DNA of 63,997 bases, filler included, from Catajapyx aquilonaris (taxonomy: Eukaryota), in NCBI GenBank assembly GCA_000934665.2. It is 3 parts of 3 records of this genome, joined end to end, with 100 filler letters (N's around TTAATTAATTAA, not from the genome) between each part and the next. Parts side by side here need not be neighbours in the genome. Positions count along the whole stretch, not along the records: positions 21,392 to 42,670 come from JYFJ02006096.1; positions 42,771 to 63,997 come from JYFJ02006110.1; 1 more part is not named here. One strand, given 5' to 3'. Both the position numbers and the translations under genes were made by a program. The notes below the pieces were generated by a model. It saw only the letters and a list, made by a program, of their open reading frames with translations, searched no databases and had not been told where the DNA came from. Shown here one piece after another: positions 38,797 through 51,170 of the stretch; within the stretch, counting starts at the first letter, position 1; every line of letters begins with the position of its first letter.

Positions 38797-41700
38797 TGCC
38801 ATATTTCTTCCCGCTGCAACTCTCACAAAAACAGTTAGGCAAAAAGCCTACAAGTTTAGCAATTTATGAGGTGTACGTTATGGACTAATTAAAATTTGAA
38901 ATTCCTCGGCCTTAGAAAAGGGCGGTTTAATCATTATTAAATGCAGGAAAGTGCAGTAAATCTCTTCTATACAAGCAATAAGTCAACGAAGACCTTCTTG
39001 AACCTATCCTTCTTTGCATGGTTTTTCCGAGCGTACTAATTTACAACCGGAAGTAGCCTGCATCCAAACCTAGAATTTTTTTAAACATGATTAAATAAGC
39101 TGAATAAAATTCATAAAATGGTTTAGTTCACAACATTCAAGATGAACGCTTTATTTCGGAGCAGAAAGAAGCACATGCTCATCCTGACAACATCATTATC
39201 ATCCTTCATTTCTAATGGTCAACACGAGAAACGCTTGTAGTACATATTTAATAATATCAATACATATCAAACAAAAGATATACCGCAATAATAGTAGTGC
39301 ACAAAAGGAGTTCAAGGCTGGAATAACCAAACCATTTCAAGCAGCAGCATGCTCGCCCTTTAAAGTACACAGATTCCATTACCATACACATGCTGCTACT
39401 CCCTCGTGCGCATCAACTTGAAAGATAATGCGCTATAGCATCCAGTACATTAACACAATCCTCAATTGAGATGATGAGTGGAACACAGATTGAATGTAAC
39501 ATGCACTAGACTGGGTTTGAATGAACCACGCAGGAGAGATATAAATGCGAGGACGAATGCACAAAAGTGGCGATATTGCTCTCACGTCACGCACTCGCGA
39601 TTGAAATGAAGGGCGCGCTACAAAAGGTATCATCCACAACATGGACCAAATTAAAGTACTCAGATTGTCAAGCAATCGGACTGGAATTTTGCTAGTACCC
39701 TGTAAGTATATGCTAACACGATTGCACACTCGAGAGTCAGAGAAAGAAAAAAAAAAGTCAAATCAAACAACAGAATTATCTCAATCCAAATGATCGTCAG
39801 TGGGTTTTTTTTGACACAGATGCGACTTAATGTTACTTCATAGTCAGAAGTGACTTATGGACACAGTCACACATACCTTGTGCTCAGTCCTTTTGACTAT
39901 GCCTTGTGGACCTGGACAAACTCCCCAAGCAGTATGATGCGGTTATTTTGAATCGTCGATCATATCGCTTTGGCAAAGGCTGGATTCGTGATTATAGTCA
40001 TCTCTAGAAGTATGAAGCAATTGTACTGATTTAAAGGGCCTAAATTTGTCGCTGTTAATTACTGAAGTTCACTTTGTGAGTCTGGTTGGGAGTTATCTTG
40101 GGGCCACTTGGTATTATTATGTATAAATTAGAGGCCATTTGGACTATATTTCTATTGTTTCGAATACTCTTTTTGTAGTAGTAGAATAGTATCCAGATGT
40201 CAAAAATATAGAACAAACTAGTGGTAGAATCACAAACTACATCTTACTAAAACACTACGTACTGATTAGTCATCGCTATGTTTTGCACCATGAAAAGCGC
40301 ACCCCCACATCTTGGGTTATCACAACATTAATTTCATAACAGTAACGTCCACATGGATTTCTCAGTCTTTGTCTTAAACCTGGTTCTAATTTCAAATATT
40401 CTCACGCACGTGCAAGTTTACAGTTACATAACACTGCTATACACTCACATGGACCTTGAACCTTGATCGTGAAAGTCTGGTGGGACGTAGATGTTACCTA
40501 GTGTCATTAATCAGAATACGAGATTATTCACAGGAATTCCGAAAAAGGTCACTCAAAAGGCATCCTCCAAAAATTTATTCTTACATTTCAGTGCACGAGA
40601 CGCTTTCAGCTGTAATGGTTTATCAGTAGACCTATATATGTCTATCATCATTCACCACAAAAATTATTGCCATTATTTTACATTCGGCAAAAATATGTTC
40701 TCGCCATATAGCAGTTCTAGAAAACACATTTGCGTGGCAATTTCCATGGTAAATGATGAGCCTACTGATGGCGTATACAGAAATATTGGAAAAATCACAA
40801 CTGCTCCGGCGCACCGAAAAGCAAAAATTAATTAATATGCCTCTTCCGTCCAAACTGCCGCACAACAGGAATTTCTGACACCTAACACAACACCTTGACC
40901 AACATGAAAAACAGGTGAGTTTGGAACAAAACATCGAGAATGTTTCACGATTATGCTTAATTTTTTGGTGAGTGTATAGCTGGAGACATACTTCGAGACG
41001 TCAGCTACATAACATCCAGACATGTTTCTCTAATTCGGCGTAATTGGTACATGTAATTTAATCACTATGATTAGTTATTGTAATGAGAGTAGATAGCGAA
41101 AAACCACAACAGACACCAATCCACAATTCCATTTAGATCGCGTTAATGATGTCATTACCGCCAGATTATTAATAGAGAGGCTTATTACAACAACAGCAGG
41201 TACCGATAAAGCGATTCAGTTCACTTGGCGTAGATAATAGTTTTGGCACACTTTAAGTCAGGTCGGAAACAGAATTTTCAAAGCACTCATTGCTTGTCTG
41301 ACCAGAGATATAGTGCACACCAGAGCAAAATAAAATGCCAACACAATTCATTCTGAACTCTAACACGACTAAGCAATTGAGACAGCTCTATAGCCTCGAT
41401 CGAAAAATCTGTTTTCTTGGCAAAAAGACAGAAGCTGCTCAACCTCTGCGTCACATGAGTCGTAGTTTACAGTAATAATCAATAACGATATGAATTTTGC
41501 GCAAGTCTAAAGCAATATGAAAAATATTTCGCGTATATACAAGCACGTGGCTTATATGGATAATTTCTTATACGGTGTAATAAGCCCATATGAAACAATG
41601 TTACAGGAACAAATCAAATAATTTATTGCAAGGACCTTGGAGAATAAAGTTTCTGTTATTAGAAGCTATTTATCACTAATATATTTCTTTTCGAACATTC

Positions 41701-42670
41701 TGTAACCTGACTAACATTTACTTTCTTAATAGTCTGAATTGAATATGTTTTTGTTATGCAATATTTTCAGGGGAGTTGACATTCATAGAGACAGTCAAAA
41801 TGGCCATTAAAATAAACAGTAATAATTCATTAGGTTTGTATTTTCAGCTCCCAGAAGGATTTCATTAAGCTAAATCAATATTTTTTTTGCCACTAATAAG
41901 TAAAAAATGAGTGCAGGCTAAATGTTTGCATGACGCGAGAGCATCTCAATTGCTCCATCCCAAGAAGACTTTTTTTTGAATGGCTTGCAGAAAATAAAAT
42001 GAGGCAGATAGTAGGTGCTCGACTAAGGTGACACCCCTTATCGCATACTGTATCTTGTGACGTCACCGGAATAAAGTGCAAGGTATAACATTCTTTCGAT
42101 CTGCATACCGAATTCCTACAATGCAGAATTCCAGGACAATTACACACTTAGGTTTCATACCTCCATTTATTTTAGCCAGAAGTTTTATCCTTGTTATGAC
42201 AGTTAACTATTGTTAGATCATAAAGGTCCGCACAAACCACTTCCAATAGGCCTACACGTAACAGCCTATTCTGATTCTGCGCATAAAATTTATACGGTAT
42301 TTCCTTTGTGCCTGTGAGATATCTATATGATTTCTGTAGGTGTTTCAGTCTCAGAGCAAATTCAATTTCCAATAAATTACCAAATTACCGGTATACTGTC
42401 AATATTGATAGCAATATAGTGCCGGTGCAAAAAAAACAATATACAGTATTGGCCCTTACCGAAATTTAACCCAGCCGCGAGCTTGCCGCTAGCTCGCCAG
42501 AAGCTGGCCAGCTCGCCTCAGGATAGCCGCCACGTCGCGGGACCTCGCGGCTTTCAAATATTCTCCTGACCTAGTCATGACGAGCTAGCCGCTACTTGGC
42601 GCCGAGCAAGTCATTCCGCGAGGTCAAGTCTCTTTTTCTGACCTCGTCATGACGAGCTAGCCGCTACTTG

Positions 42671-42770
42671 NNNNNNNNNNNNNNNNNNNNNNNNNNNNNN
42701 NNNNNNNNNNNNNNTTAATTAATTAANNNNNNNNNNNNNNNNNNNNNNNNNNNNNNNNNNNNNNNNNNNN
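42671..42770. other. Artificial contig-join spacer
   Basis: N44 + TTAATTAATTAA + N44. Confidence 0.97.
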
Positions 42771-42894
42771 TGATGGGTCAATGAAAGCAATGATGTGCTC
42801 CAGAAAGTGATTAACCAGTTAGTATTTACAAAATCTTGTGTGGAAACTGTTACATATTAACTACTACGCTTGCTGATGTTGTGTCTTTTTCCAG

Positions 42895-42975
42895 GTCGTT
42901 GAGCCCATGGAGAACCTCTCGTTGGCTTATGAAGACTATGGGATGGTGCAGGTCGTCAAAGGACGACCAGGATAG
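42895..42975 (+). CDS. Putative terminal exon of an unidentified gene
   Basis: Polypyrimidine tract and CCAG acceptor, VVEPMENLSLAYEDYGMVQVVKGRPG*, AATAAA near 43102. Frame assumed; product not recognised. Confidence 0.4.
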   Translation, partial: VVEPMENLSLAYEDYGMVQVVKGRPG

Positions 42976-45483
42976 TAGCCATGTTGACTCAGAAAGGTCA
43001 TTCAATTTATGTTCCCATTAATTCCCAAATGCCTTTTTTTTTTTTTTTCGAAATTTGTGACCTGCACTCTTGTAACAATCAATAGACACATGGGGCTACT
43101 GAATAAAGAATAAGAAAACATGAGTTTTTCTGTGACTTCATAAAGGCCATCCGTGGCACAATAATTTATTTAGGGATTATTTTAGTATGAGAAGACATCC
43201 CAATAACACTTTGTTTACCTAAGTCAAAATGTGTGGCAAATTATTTATTATTATTATTTTTAAATGTAGGCTGCCATAATTATTATATTATCCCATTCCC
43301 AAGCCAATTGGCTTGTTTGGAGGTGAACTCAGATAATTATGGTGGATAATATCAGCTCTTGATAACAAAAGAAAACTTTGCAGAATGTTTAGAATATCTC
43401 AGTCAGCAATGTGCAATATAAAACAGAAAGAGGATACAGTATTTTGATCAGCTTACAGTCAGTGACAGGCCTTACTAGTAGGTAAGTCAAGTACACCTTG
43501 AATTAAATGACAAAAATATTTAGCACTTATTTTGGGAAAGTAAAAATAGTGAATATTTATTTCACATTATACTGTGACATAAGGGCCTACATATTTGTAG
43601 CAAAATAATGTTGCGTTTTTTGACACTGAACAGGTCCACATGAATCCCTTACTTCTATTCTAGAATATTATACAAGTCTAATATGTTTTGAAAACTCATT
43701 TACTATTGAATTGCCATACCTACAGACCTACAGTTCCAACTACTATGATCTGCCAGTCCTAGGTTGCAATTTATACAGGTTGAATTTGGCACCTGAAAAT
43801 CATCCACCTAGCACTTTAATACTTTATGTGAATCATAGGTTCTGTACAGAAATGTTGTAGGCTGTACAGGAACTGTGAATCACAAAGTATTATTTTGAAG
43901 GTTCTAAATGACAAAATCCGCACCATGAGAGACCATTTTGATGAAGTCCATGAATTTTCCCATTACAAATGCACTGTGGGAAACGAGTTCTGCTTGGAAT
44001 TTTTAATGTGTAATTGCTACTCTTGGCCTAATCGTTGACATAATAATGCAATTTGATTAGGATTGCACGTAAATGATAGCCTCTGAACACGGCGCTCGTT
44101 GGAAAGGCGTGAAAGCGTGAATAGTAATAAAAATAATTGTTTATTATATCATCTGCTATTCGCTTTTTCTGGTACATTTGGCAAGAAGGAGACGGCAAAA
44201 AAATGATGGACTTTTGGGATACTGCATTTTTTGTGGATAGTTTCATTAATCAGTACCGGTATGTAGCCGTGTGCATTACAGGCATATGGAGAGCAGAAAA
44301 CCTTGCGCATTCGTTGCAAAAGTGGCCATTTGGCTATAACAGACTTCGGTTATAACACTTCTTTGTCAATGGTCTCTTGAAGTTTGTTATATCCGGATTC
44401 TACTGTCATTATGCACATATTATAAGCAGCTGAATATCGCAGATAATCGGAAAAATAAGGGCTGAAAATAATCATGGCTACAAGTACGGACACAAGAATG
44501 GTACGGTAATAAAGATATACCGTCTACGTATGTGAAGCGAAAATCATAAGAGAGTTTCTCTTATAATTTTCGCTTCACATATACGTATCTTTATTTGCCA
44601 TATTATGATATTGCATGTAAGGGGCATTGGCTCAGATTGGCCCAGAGTGCAGGTGCCGGAGTGCAATACGCGGCCAATTTTAGGAAAGTCTATCGTTTAT
44701 CTGCACATAGCGACGCGGTACTTTGTACTTCAAACATGTTGGCTACGCGTCGCAAACAACCGGTTGCCGGGAGAGCATCACAACAAAGGGCGTCTTCTTA
44801 CCCCTGCCACGCGAACCGTTCAGACGAGTGCTAGGACCACAGTATTAATGAAGGAGGTGGGAAATATGAAAGCCATGATGGTTGCGCTGCAGTTCGTTAA
44901 CCCAAAGAACGATATGATGTCACACCAGCCGTGTTTTCTGAGCGTGTACAGTAGTATACCTGCAGAGTGAGTCGTGGGCATGATTGGAGGGGAGAGCCGG
45001 GTGGTGGCGGGCGGAACTTGGCGTCATGTAGTTCGTTGGTTTAACGGACTGTGTGAAGGTGTACTTCGCGCTTGGCAAAGCCACAATAACGTTCGTTGGC
45101 CTGCGGCGCCACAAGACGGACAGTAAATGTTGCGGATACAGAAACCCACAAAAAGCGCCCGGCTCCGCTCTCGCTCCGCAAAAACTTAAAATATCACGCA
45201 CAGGCGACGTACCGTGCCTGGCAGGGCCACAACAATGTACAGTACTGTTGCGGTAACAAAAAGCCATACAGCAACACCAAGACAAATGGCTATTCCATCC
45301 ACTTAATCACCTCAAAATCCCGAATTGAATCCCCGAAAGCCCGAAAAGAAGAATAAAGCACAGTTCCATGTAACCATGTTCCATGTTCCATGTATCAATA
45401 GGCACCCGATTGTTTGCGATGCAACATTGCCAACCGTCGGGAGGCCTTGTTGTTAACGTGCGGATAAACAATAGCTTATAGTA

Positions 45484-45857
45484 CAGGAAAGAAAGGTCGG
45501 AACCCCGGACAAATTCCTTAGCGAGATTTTTTTGTTTTAACATGTTCATATGGGTGTCCTTTACATTTGACCAAAAGTCCCCGCTTGTAGCTGCGCTGCT
45601 TCAGCCGCCATCTTGGAAAAATGGCGCCCAAAACACGTTAACACAAAACAATATTTTTCTCCACAAGTAAGTCTCGGGCGTCTTTTTATGTGGGGATCAA
45701 ATGTGTGCCATGTGAATCAAGGATTATTTTAAGACTATGGAAAAGGACACAGAGGTCATAGGNCTTTTGGTCAAATGTAAAGGACACCCATATGAACATG
45801 TTAAAACAAAAAAATCTCGCTAAGGAATTTGTCCGGGGTTCCGACCTTTCTTTCCTG
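45484..45857. mobile_element. Tc1/mariner-type MITE
   Basis: Perfect TIRs of ~95 bp beginning CAGGAAAGAAAGGTCGGAACCCCGG, TA flanks. A single N at 45763 abuts the right arm. Confidence 0.7.
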
Positions 45858-45974
45858 TACTATTATCCCAATTTTATAATAGCGCACTGCACAATCCAAC
45901 AGACATTCCCCTTTGAGGCACTCCATGATGATGGGCATTTTCTCTCTCTGTCAAGCACACACCCACACATGCTG

Positions 45975-46241
45975 TACATACATACACATGAAGTAATGAG
46001 GTGAATTTGGGCGGTTTTAGAAACGGGAGATAATGGGAGAACCCCGATAAAACCCGCCGAGCTACGCGGCAGAGACCACCAACTCTACCCACATAACATA
46101 ACTTATCCACATAACATAGGGAACTTACCCACATAACATGACTTACCCACATAACATATGGAACTTCATCCGAATCGGGATTCGTACTCGAGACTCTGGA
46201 GGAGGGTGGCCGGGACCATAATCTCCGCACCGGCCTGCCGC
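45975..46241 (-). mobile_element. tRNA-derived SINE with internal 18-22-bp tandem repeats
   Basis: Minus strand has B-box-like GAGTACGAATCCC, four TATGTTATGTGG(G/A)T repeats, a core GTTGGTGGTCTCTG..GGGTTTTATCGGGGTTCTCCC and a (TATG)-like tail. Confidence 0.55.
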
Positions 46242-46636
46242 TTGTCCCTTATTGCCTCCTTCTCTTCTTAGCACGTCCATCCGGCGGGCATTGATCTTGT
46301 AGTGTCCTCTTCTAGTCTTCTTCTTGTCCTCGGCAGCCATCTTCTTGTTCTCATTAATAGCCATCACATCATCTTGTCCGCAGCCAGCAGTGGACCTTGA
46401 TCTTTCTTTCCCCGAGGTCTTCATATACAGTAGTCTCATCGGCCTTAGTATTTATTAACCTAGACAGTAAAGCATTTTGAGTGAAAAATCGTCAAGCCTT
46501 TGTGACAGGTAAATAATTTGCCTGTCATAAATATATAGAAGAAGGTCATACAAATCCCTGGTGACGGTACCTTCCTGAGCAAAAGATAAAGTGAACGCTA
46601 ATGTAAAAATATATACGCACAATGGTGAAAAGAATT

Positions 46637-46771
46637 ATATTATTATTGAAATATTATTATTATTGAAATATTATTATTATTGAAATATTATTATTATTGA
46701 AATATTATTATTGAATTATTATTATTATTGAAATATTATTATTATTATTGAATTATTATTATTATTATTGA

Positions 46772-46831
<60 letters not shown>

Positions 46832-46835
46832 GAAT
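46637..46835. repeat. Interrupted (ATT)n microsatellite
   Basis: Directly visible. Confidence 0.95.
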
Positions 46836-47026
46836 TATATGTAATTATAATATGTAATTATAATGTAATGATATAATTATAGCACTTACATTACCGTACA
46901 ATAATGGTAACAAAAAACTTAAAAAGCGAATAATACTTTATCTCGAAATGACAAAAAGTCGAGATACAGGATTTTGATTTGGGTCGTCAGTGGTGGCAGA
47001 AGACTCTGTTTAGGTTCTTCACGGCA

Positions 47027-47368
47027 TCAGCAGATAGTGTGGAATTTGCAATGGAGCGATTCATCAACCGACATAAAAGCACCCTTGTTGACAAATTCGC
47101 CACAGTAGTTCGGGGCCGAGAAAATTGTTACGAGTTTCCCATGAGAAAAAAACTCGTAACCTTTTTCCACCAATTGATGGCCCCGACACATCAGAATCAG
47201 CTTGTTCGTTTCCAAGAAAGTTGTGACTTCTCCAGTACCAAAAAACACGCTGATCCCTCGCTGATTATTGAACGTGTAGGTCCCGACTTGCGGATTAGGA
47301 TCAGCCCACAGGAGATCACACATTAGTCCTACTTTTGGAACTGATGAAGGCCGGTCCAAACTTTTGAT
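47027..47368 (-). pseudogene. Orphan terminal exon of a divergent PP1-like Ser/Thr phosphatase catalytic subunit
   Basis: TTTCAG acceptor then IKSLDRPSSVPKVGLMCDLLWADP...RGISVFFG...CRGHQLVEKGYEFF...LVTIFSAPNYCGEFVNKGAFMSVDESLHCKF. The reading frame is intact, but no upstream exons (GDIHG/GDYVDRG/RGNHE) are visible. Confidence 0.8.
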
Positions 47369-47622
47369 CTGAAACAGTACAGTGACATTGAATGGGATGC
47401 AATATAAAACGAGTTATTGTTGGCTAAATTTGACTGACTTTTTTGCACAATCTTTCCCTTAATATTCAGATTGAGATATTATTGCTACATTAACTGAAAG
47501 ATATCTAAAGGCCGGTATCCACGTACGAGAATCTCGCATACGAGGAGCCGCCAAAATTCAGTGTTCGACCTGTTCGGCCATATATACATGACCATGTATG
47601 ACACCATGTATACATGGTCGAA

Positions 47623-47919
47623 GGCTCCTCCTGCGGTAGTGATGGCACTGGGAACAACGTTTTGGGTTCATCATCATGTGTTGGCTGTTCAGGTTCAGGT
47701 TCCTCCACCGTTGGCGATGGCACTGGTGGCAATATGGTTCAGGTAGCAGCATGCTGCTAGTGCTGCTACCTGAACCATATTGCCACCAGTGCCATCGCCA
47801 ACGGTGGAGGAACCTGAACCTGAACCTGCCCGAACTGCCAACACAGGATTGACCCAGGAAGAACCCAAAACGTTGTTCCCACTTCCCAGTGCCATGCCAT
47901 CACTAACCCAGGAGGAGCC
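47623..47919. repeat. Inverted duplication (hairpin) of a Pro/Glu-rich coding-like segment
   Basis: Arms 47623-47751 and 47761-47919 with a perfect inner stem of ~65 bp. Both arms read LPPVPSPTVEEPEPE..EPKTLFP outward. Confidence 0.85.
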
Positions 47920-48128
47920 GGTATAGTGTTGCCCCCAGCGCTTTCACCGATTCTGGACGACCAATAAGCTCTCAAGTTATTTTCAAGCACTCCAGCAGGG
48001 TACACAGCAGCCTGTACCCCCAACACACGGTGTAGGGAGAATAATTATACACCTTGCCCAAACGCTTGGCAATTTGCATGCGGGTGGAGGAGGAGTTGAC
48101 CACACCCTGCCAGCTGTTCCTGCCCTGA

Positions 48129-48368
48129 TTCATAGGAACACATGGGCTGTACTGGGATCCAGGATCCTACCCCAATAGAATTCCGGTCAGCAAGTTTCAC
48201 TTTCAGGATGCTTTCAAATCGATCCCTACATACGGGTATGAGTTTGAGCCGGGAGGACTTGGCTTCAAAAACCTGGAAGAAGTGCTGAATAGACTAAAGG
48301 ATGTGAGGATTTTCATCACACACAGGAGCCTAATTGTGGAGCTAATAAAGGATGAGTCTGCACCATGA
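48129..48368 (+). pseudogene. LOTUS/OST-HTH-like domain fragment (C-terminus of a degenerate gene)
   Basis: Stop-to-stop frame not in the ORF track: ...SYPNRIPVSKFHFQDAFKSIPTYGYEFEPGGLGFKNLEEVLNRLKDVRIFITHRSLIVELIKDESAP*. It matches the LOTUS pattern I....F...F...YG....P..LGF..L.E.L..L.DV by eye only. Confidence 0.55.
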
Positions 48369-48696
48369 ATTGAGTTTCCATATCATAATCAGGTAAATCA
48401 TTCTTGTTGCGGAAAATCAAGCCAAAGTCAATGTGATGCTATCAGGAGGCTTTTGGTCATCAGGATACAAAAGTAGCGATGGCGATACTATATTGCTGTT
48501 CCAAAAGAGACTGCAACGGTGTCTGGCGGGCATATGGCGATGGGGATGCTGGAAACAGAAGGAGGATCAGCACCAATATCCGGAGAGATTACATGACCAC
48601 TCCAGCAAGTGTTGACAAGGCGGATTTGCCTCCGTAATGTGTGCTTGTCCTCACAAATACGGCTGAAAATAGTACAGTGAGTTTATTTTTCTGCAG

Positions 48697-51170
48697 AGGT
48701 GGACCTGTTGCTGTTCGTGACCTTCAACAAGATCAAGGCGTTGACGACGAGCATAACCGACCTGAGCCGAGGGCTTGAGTGGGTCTCACCCCGGATGGCA
48801 CCAAGGTGTACAGGATTACACCAGTCAAAGAAAAGGAGGACATGGACGACTGCACCATTTATGTGTTAATAGTCAATATAGCCCCGTAATGTCATCCTCT
48901 GTCACTAATTATCGCTTTAATTTACAGGAGCAACTCCCACCGTTTGTGATTCATGAGTGGCTGAAAGGAATCTTCTCAGAGTACGGTCCTGTCATGTTGT
49001 ACGTTTCAATCCCACGTTTCCGCAAGACTGGAAGAGTCAAGGGATTTGTATTCGTTGAGTATGATAATCCTGACGCTGCCAACAGAGCATTGGAGGTAAT
49101 TCTTTTGAGTTTTCTGGTCACTAATAAATACACTGCACTCCCGATTATCTGGGTGCGGATTATCCGTGCATCGCCAAAACAAAACAGAGTCCGAAAATAT
49201 GTCGATATGTCTCGCAAACAAAGAAATATAACATACTTTTTCCGTTAAAAATCTATAAAACATGTTATTACTGTATTTTGATTAAACCTTAGCATACAGT
49301 ATGAGCAGTAGTTCATTAAAATCTCTGAATAGCTAATTTTTATGTTGTCAGGGACCATTTTCTGATTATCCGGGAACACCTGTGCATTGATTAGACCAGA
49401 TAATCAGGAGTACAGTGCATTTTAATGACAATTGACAAGTCAATATTTTTCATGGACACACCCGTCACAATTAAATGGGGAATGTTTACAGTTATTGAGC
49501 CTTTTAAAACAGACTGCTCTAATTAATATTCATTTAAGTTAGCATTTTTGGCACTAACCTGCTTATTTTAAGGAGTTACTAAAGGAATAATTACTTTTTG
49601 TGCCTATCTTAGCTGCTAATCGGCTAAATTGAATCAGATCCAACCTCTGAATTGCAATGCCTATTGGAACAATTGGCTGATCTATGATAATATTGGAATA
49701 TTTCAGGCTTTTGTAGCTGCAGGATGCTGCCTTCCTGTGGACATGGCTCCAGACAAGCTCAAAAGCATATAAGGACGTATGAAGCTGCAGAGGTATAGAA
49801 GGGGAAGAGGCAGGATAGAGGTTGAAAAGAAGGATAAGGAAGGCAGAGAGGATGACATGAAAGAGGAAGGTGAAGAGAGCAGGAAGGAAAGAGTAGGAAG
49901 CATTGGGAACAGCGAGCGTGATGGGGATGACAAGGGTAACCAGAGGAACCAAGAGGAGGAAGGTGGATTCCGACATGGAGAATGGAGGTGACAGACAGGC
50001 CGATAAGGAGAATGTTCAAGATAAGGATGGAGCTGAGTGCATCCAAGGCCCAAGTACTGTGGCAGAAAAATGCGAGAGTGAGAACCCAGGAGAGAAAAGT
50101 AGTACCGGTACTGAAAATGACAAAAATGCGCCAGTCTGAAAGAGGTCGCATGAGAAAAAGGAAAGCCGATGATGAAGACATAGGTGGAAAAAGAAGAAAA
50201 GTGGACGATGAGACAGCCGAGGAAGAAGCAAAAGTTGCAGATAAAATTAAAGCCGAATCTGAAGAGGAGAGTGAACCTGAAGCTATAAAGGCTCACGTTG
50301 ATGAGACCGAACCTGAGTCAAAAGCGGTTCGCACTGAAGAGACCGAAGATGAAGAGACTACTGACGACCTGAAAAAGGAGCCTGAATCCACCGGAAAAGA
50401 TGTGGAAAAGAAGAAGAAAAACAAGAGAAGGAAGTTCAAAAAGCAGATTAAAGGGCAGCATGAAGTTGCATCTATCAGACTGCAAGTGATGTCCAAGTAA
50501 GTAGCAGCATCTCGAGGTTAACTGTAAATTCTTCAACACTGTGCATGTTAAATCCTGATTGTGCTCCATTTCACCTTACCAGTACTGAATTGTTTCTCTC
50601 CATTGCCAGACATCTCTGGAATCAGTACCTGAACCTTCAGTGGGCTAATATGAAGCAGCAGATAAGGGAAAGTAGGAGACGGGACGAAATGGGGGACGTC
50701 GCGTTGCTGAGGTTCCGGAAGAGACAGTCGAAGAGCAGGCTGTCCCAGAGGAAGCCAAACTCAAGAAGGCCCTGCCACCGCCTCTGGATTTCACTCCTGG
50801 AGTGGTGATCAAGATTACCCTCCATGTACCTCTTGTGGATGTCAAGGAGTTCAAAGTAATAAGCTGTTTATGGGGGAAGAAATATTTATAATTGCTGACG
50901 CTGGTTTTACCTTAAAGGAGAAGCTTCGTGTATGACCAGGAGTCAAGTACGTGGATGCCAATGAAGGCTAAATGAACGTTCGTGCTATGCGATGAGTCTG
51001 CCACGGCCACAGACCTTGCTGAGTCTAAGCCTGAGGAGTACAAGTGGAGCCAGGCAGCCGTTTTGACTGGTGCTGAGGGAGAAGTGTACTGGGAGAAAAT
51101 CCAAGCTGATCGTGAACAGAATCGGAGCGGGAAGTTGGGTTGGATCTCATCTCAGCCCAGGCAGAGATGA
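48697..51170 (+). pseudogene. LARP7: Unprocessed LARP7 (La-related protein 7) pseudogene
   Basis: La-motif part VDLLLFVTFNKIKALTT...PDGTKVYR, RRM1 TIYV|EQLPPFVIHEWLKGIFSEYGPV.YVSIPRFRKTGRVKGFVFVEY (exon 48928-49095), Lys-rich linker ending LQVMSK, YLNLQWANMKQ, xRRM FTPGVVIKI..GVKYVD..YWEKIQADRE. Introns are retained. Multiple frameshifts and stops, and a GT>TT donor after TIYV. Confidence 0.85.
49131..49417. mobile_element. pogo/Tc1-type MITE in a LARP7 pseudogene intron
   Basis: TA-CACTGCACTCCCGATTATCTGG ... CCAGATAATCAGGAGTACAGTG with GATTATCCG subrepeats. Confidence 0.65.

Noticed and set aside
44920..45300. Cys-rich minus-strand ORF, possibly a decayed THAP domain
   Set aside because: Motifs too degenerate to support the call.
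46088..46167. Short repeats resembling a CRISPR-like array
   Set aside because: Eukaryotic DNA, no unique spacers; tandem repeats inside a SINE.
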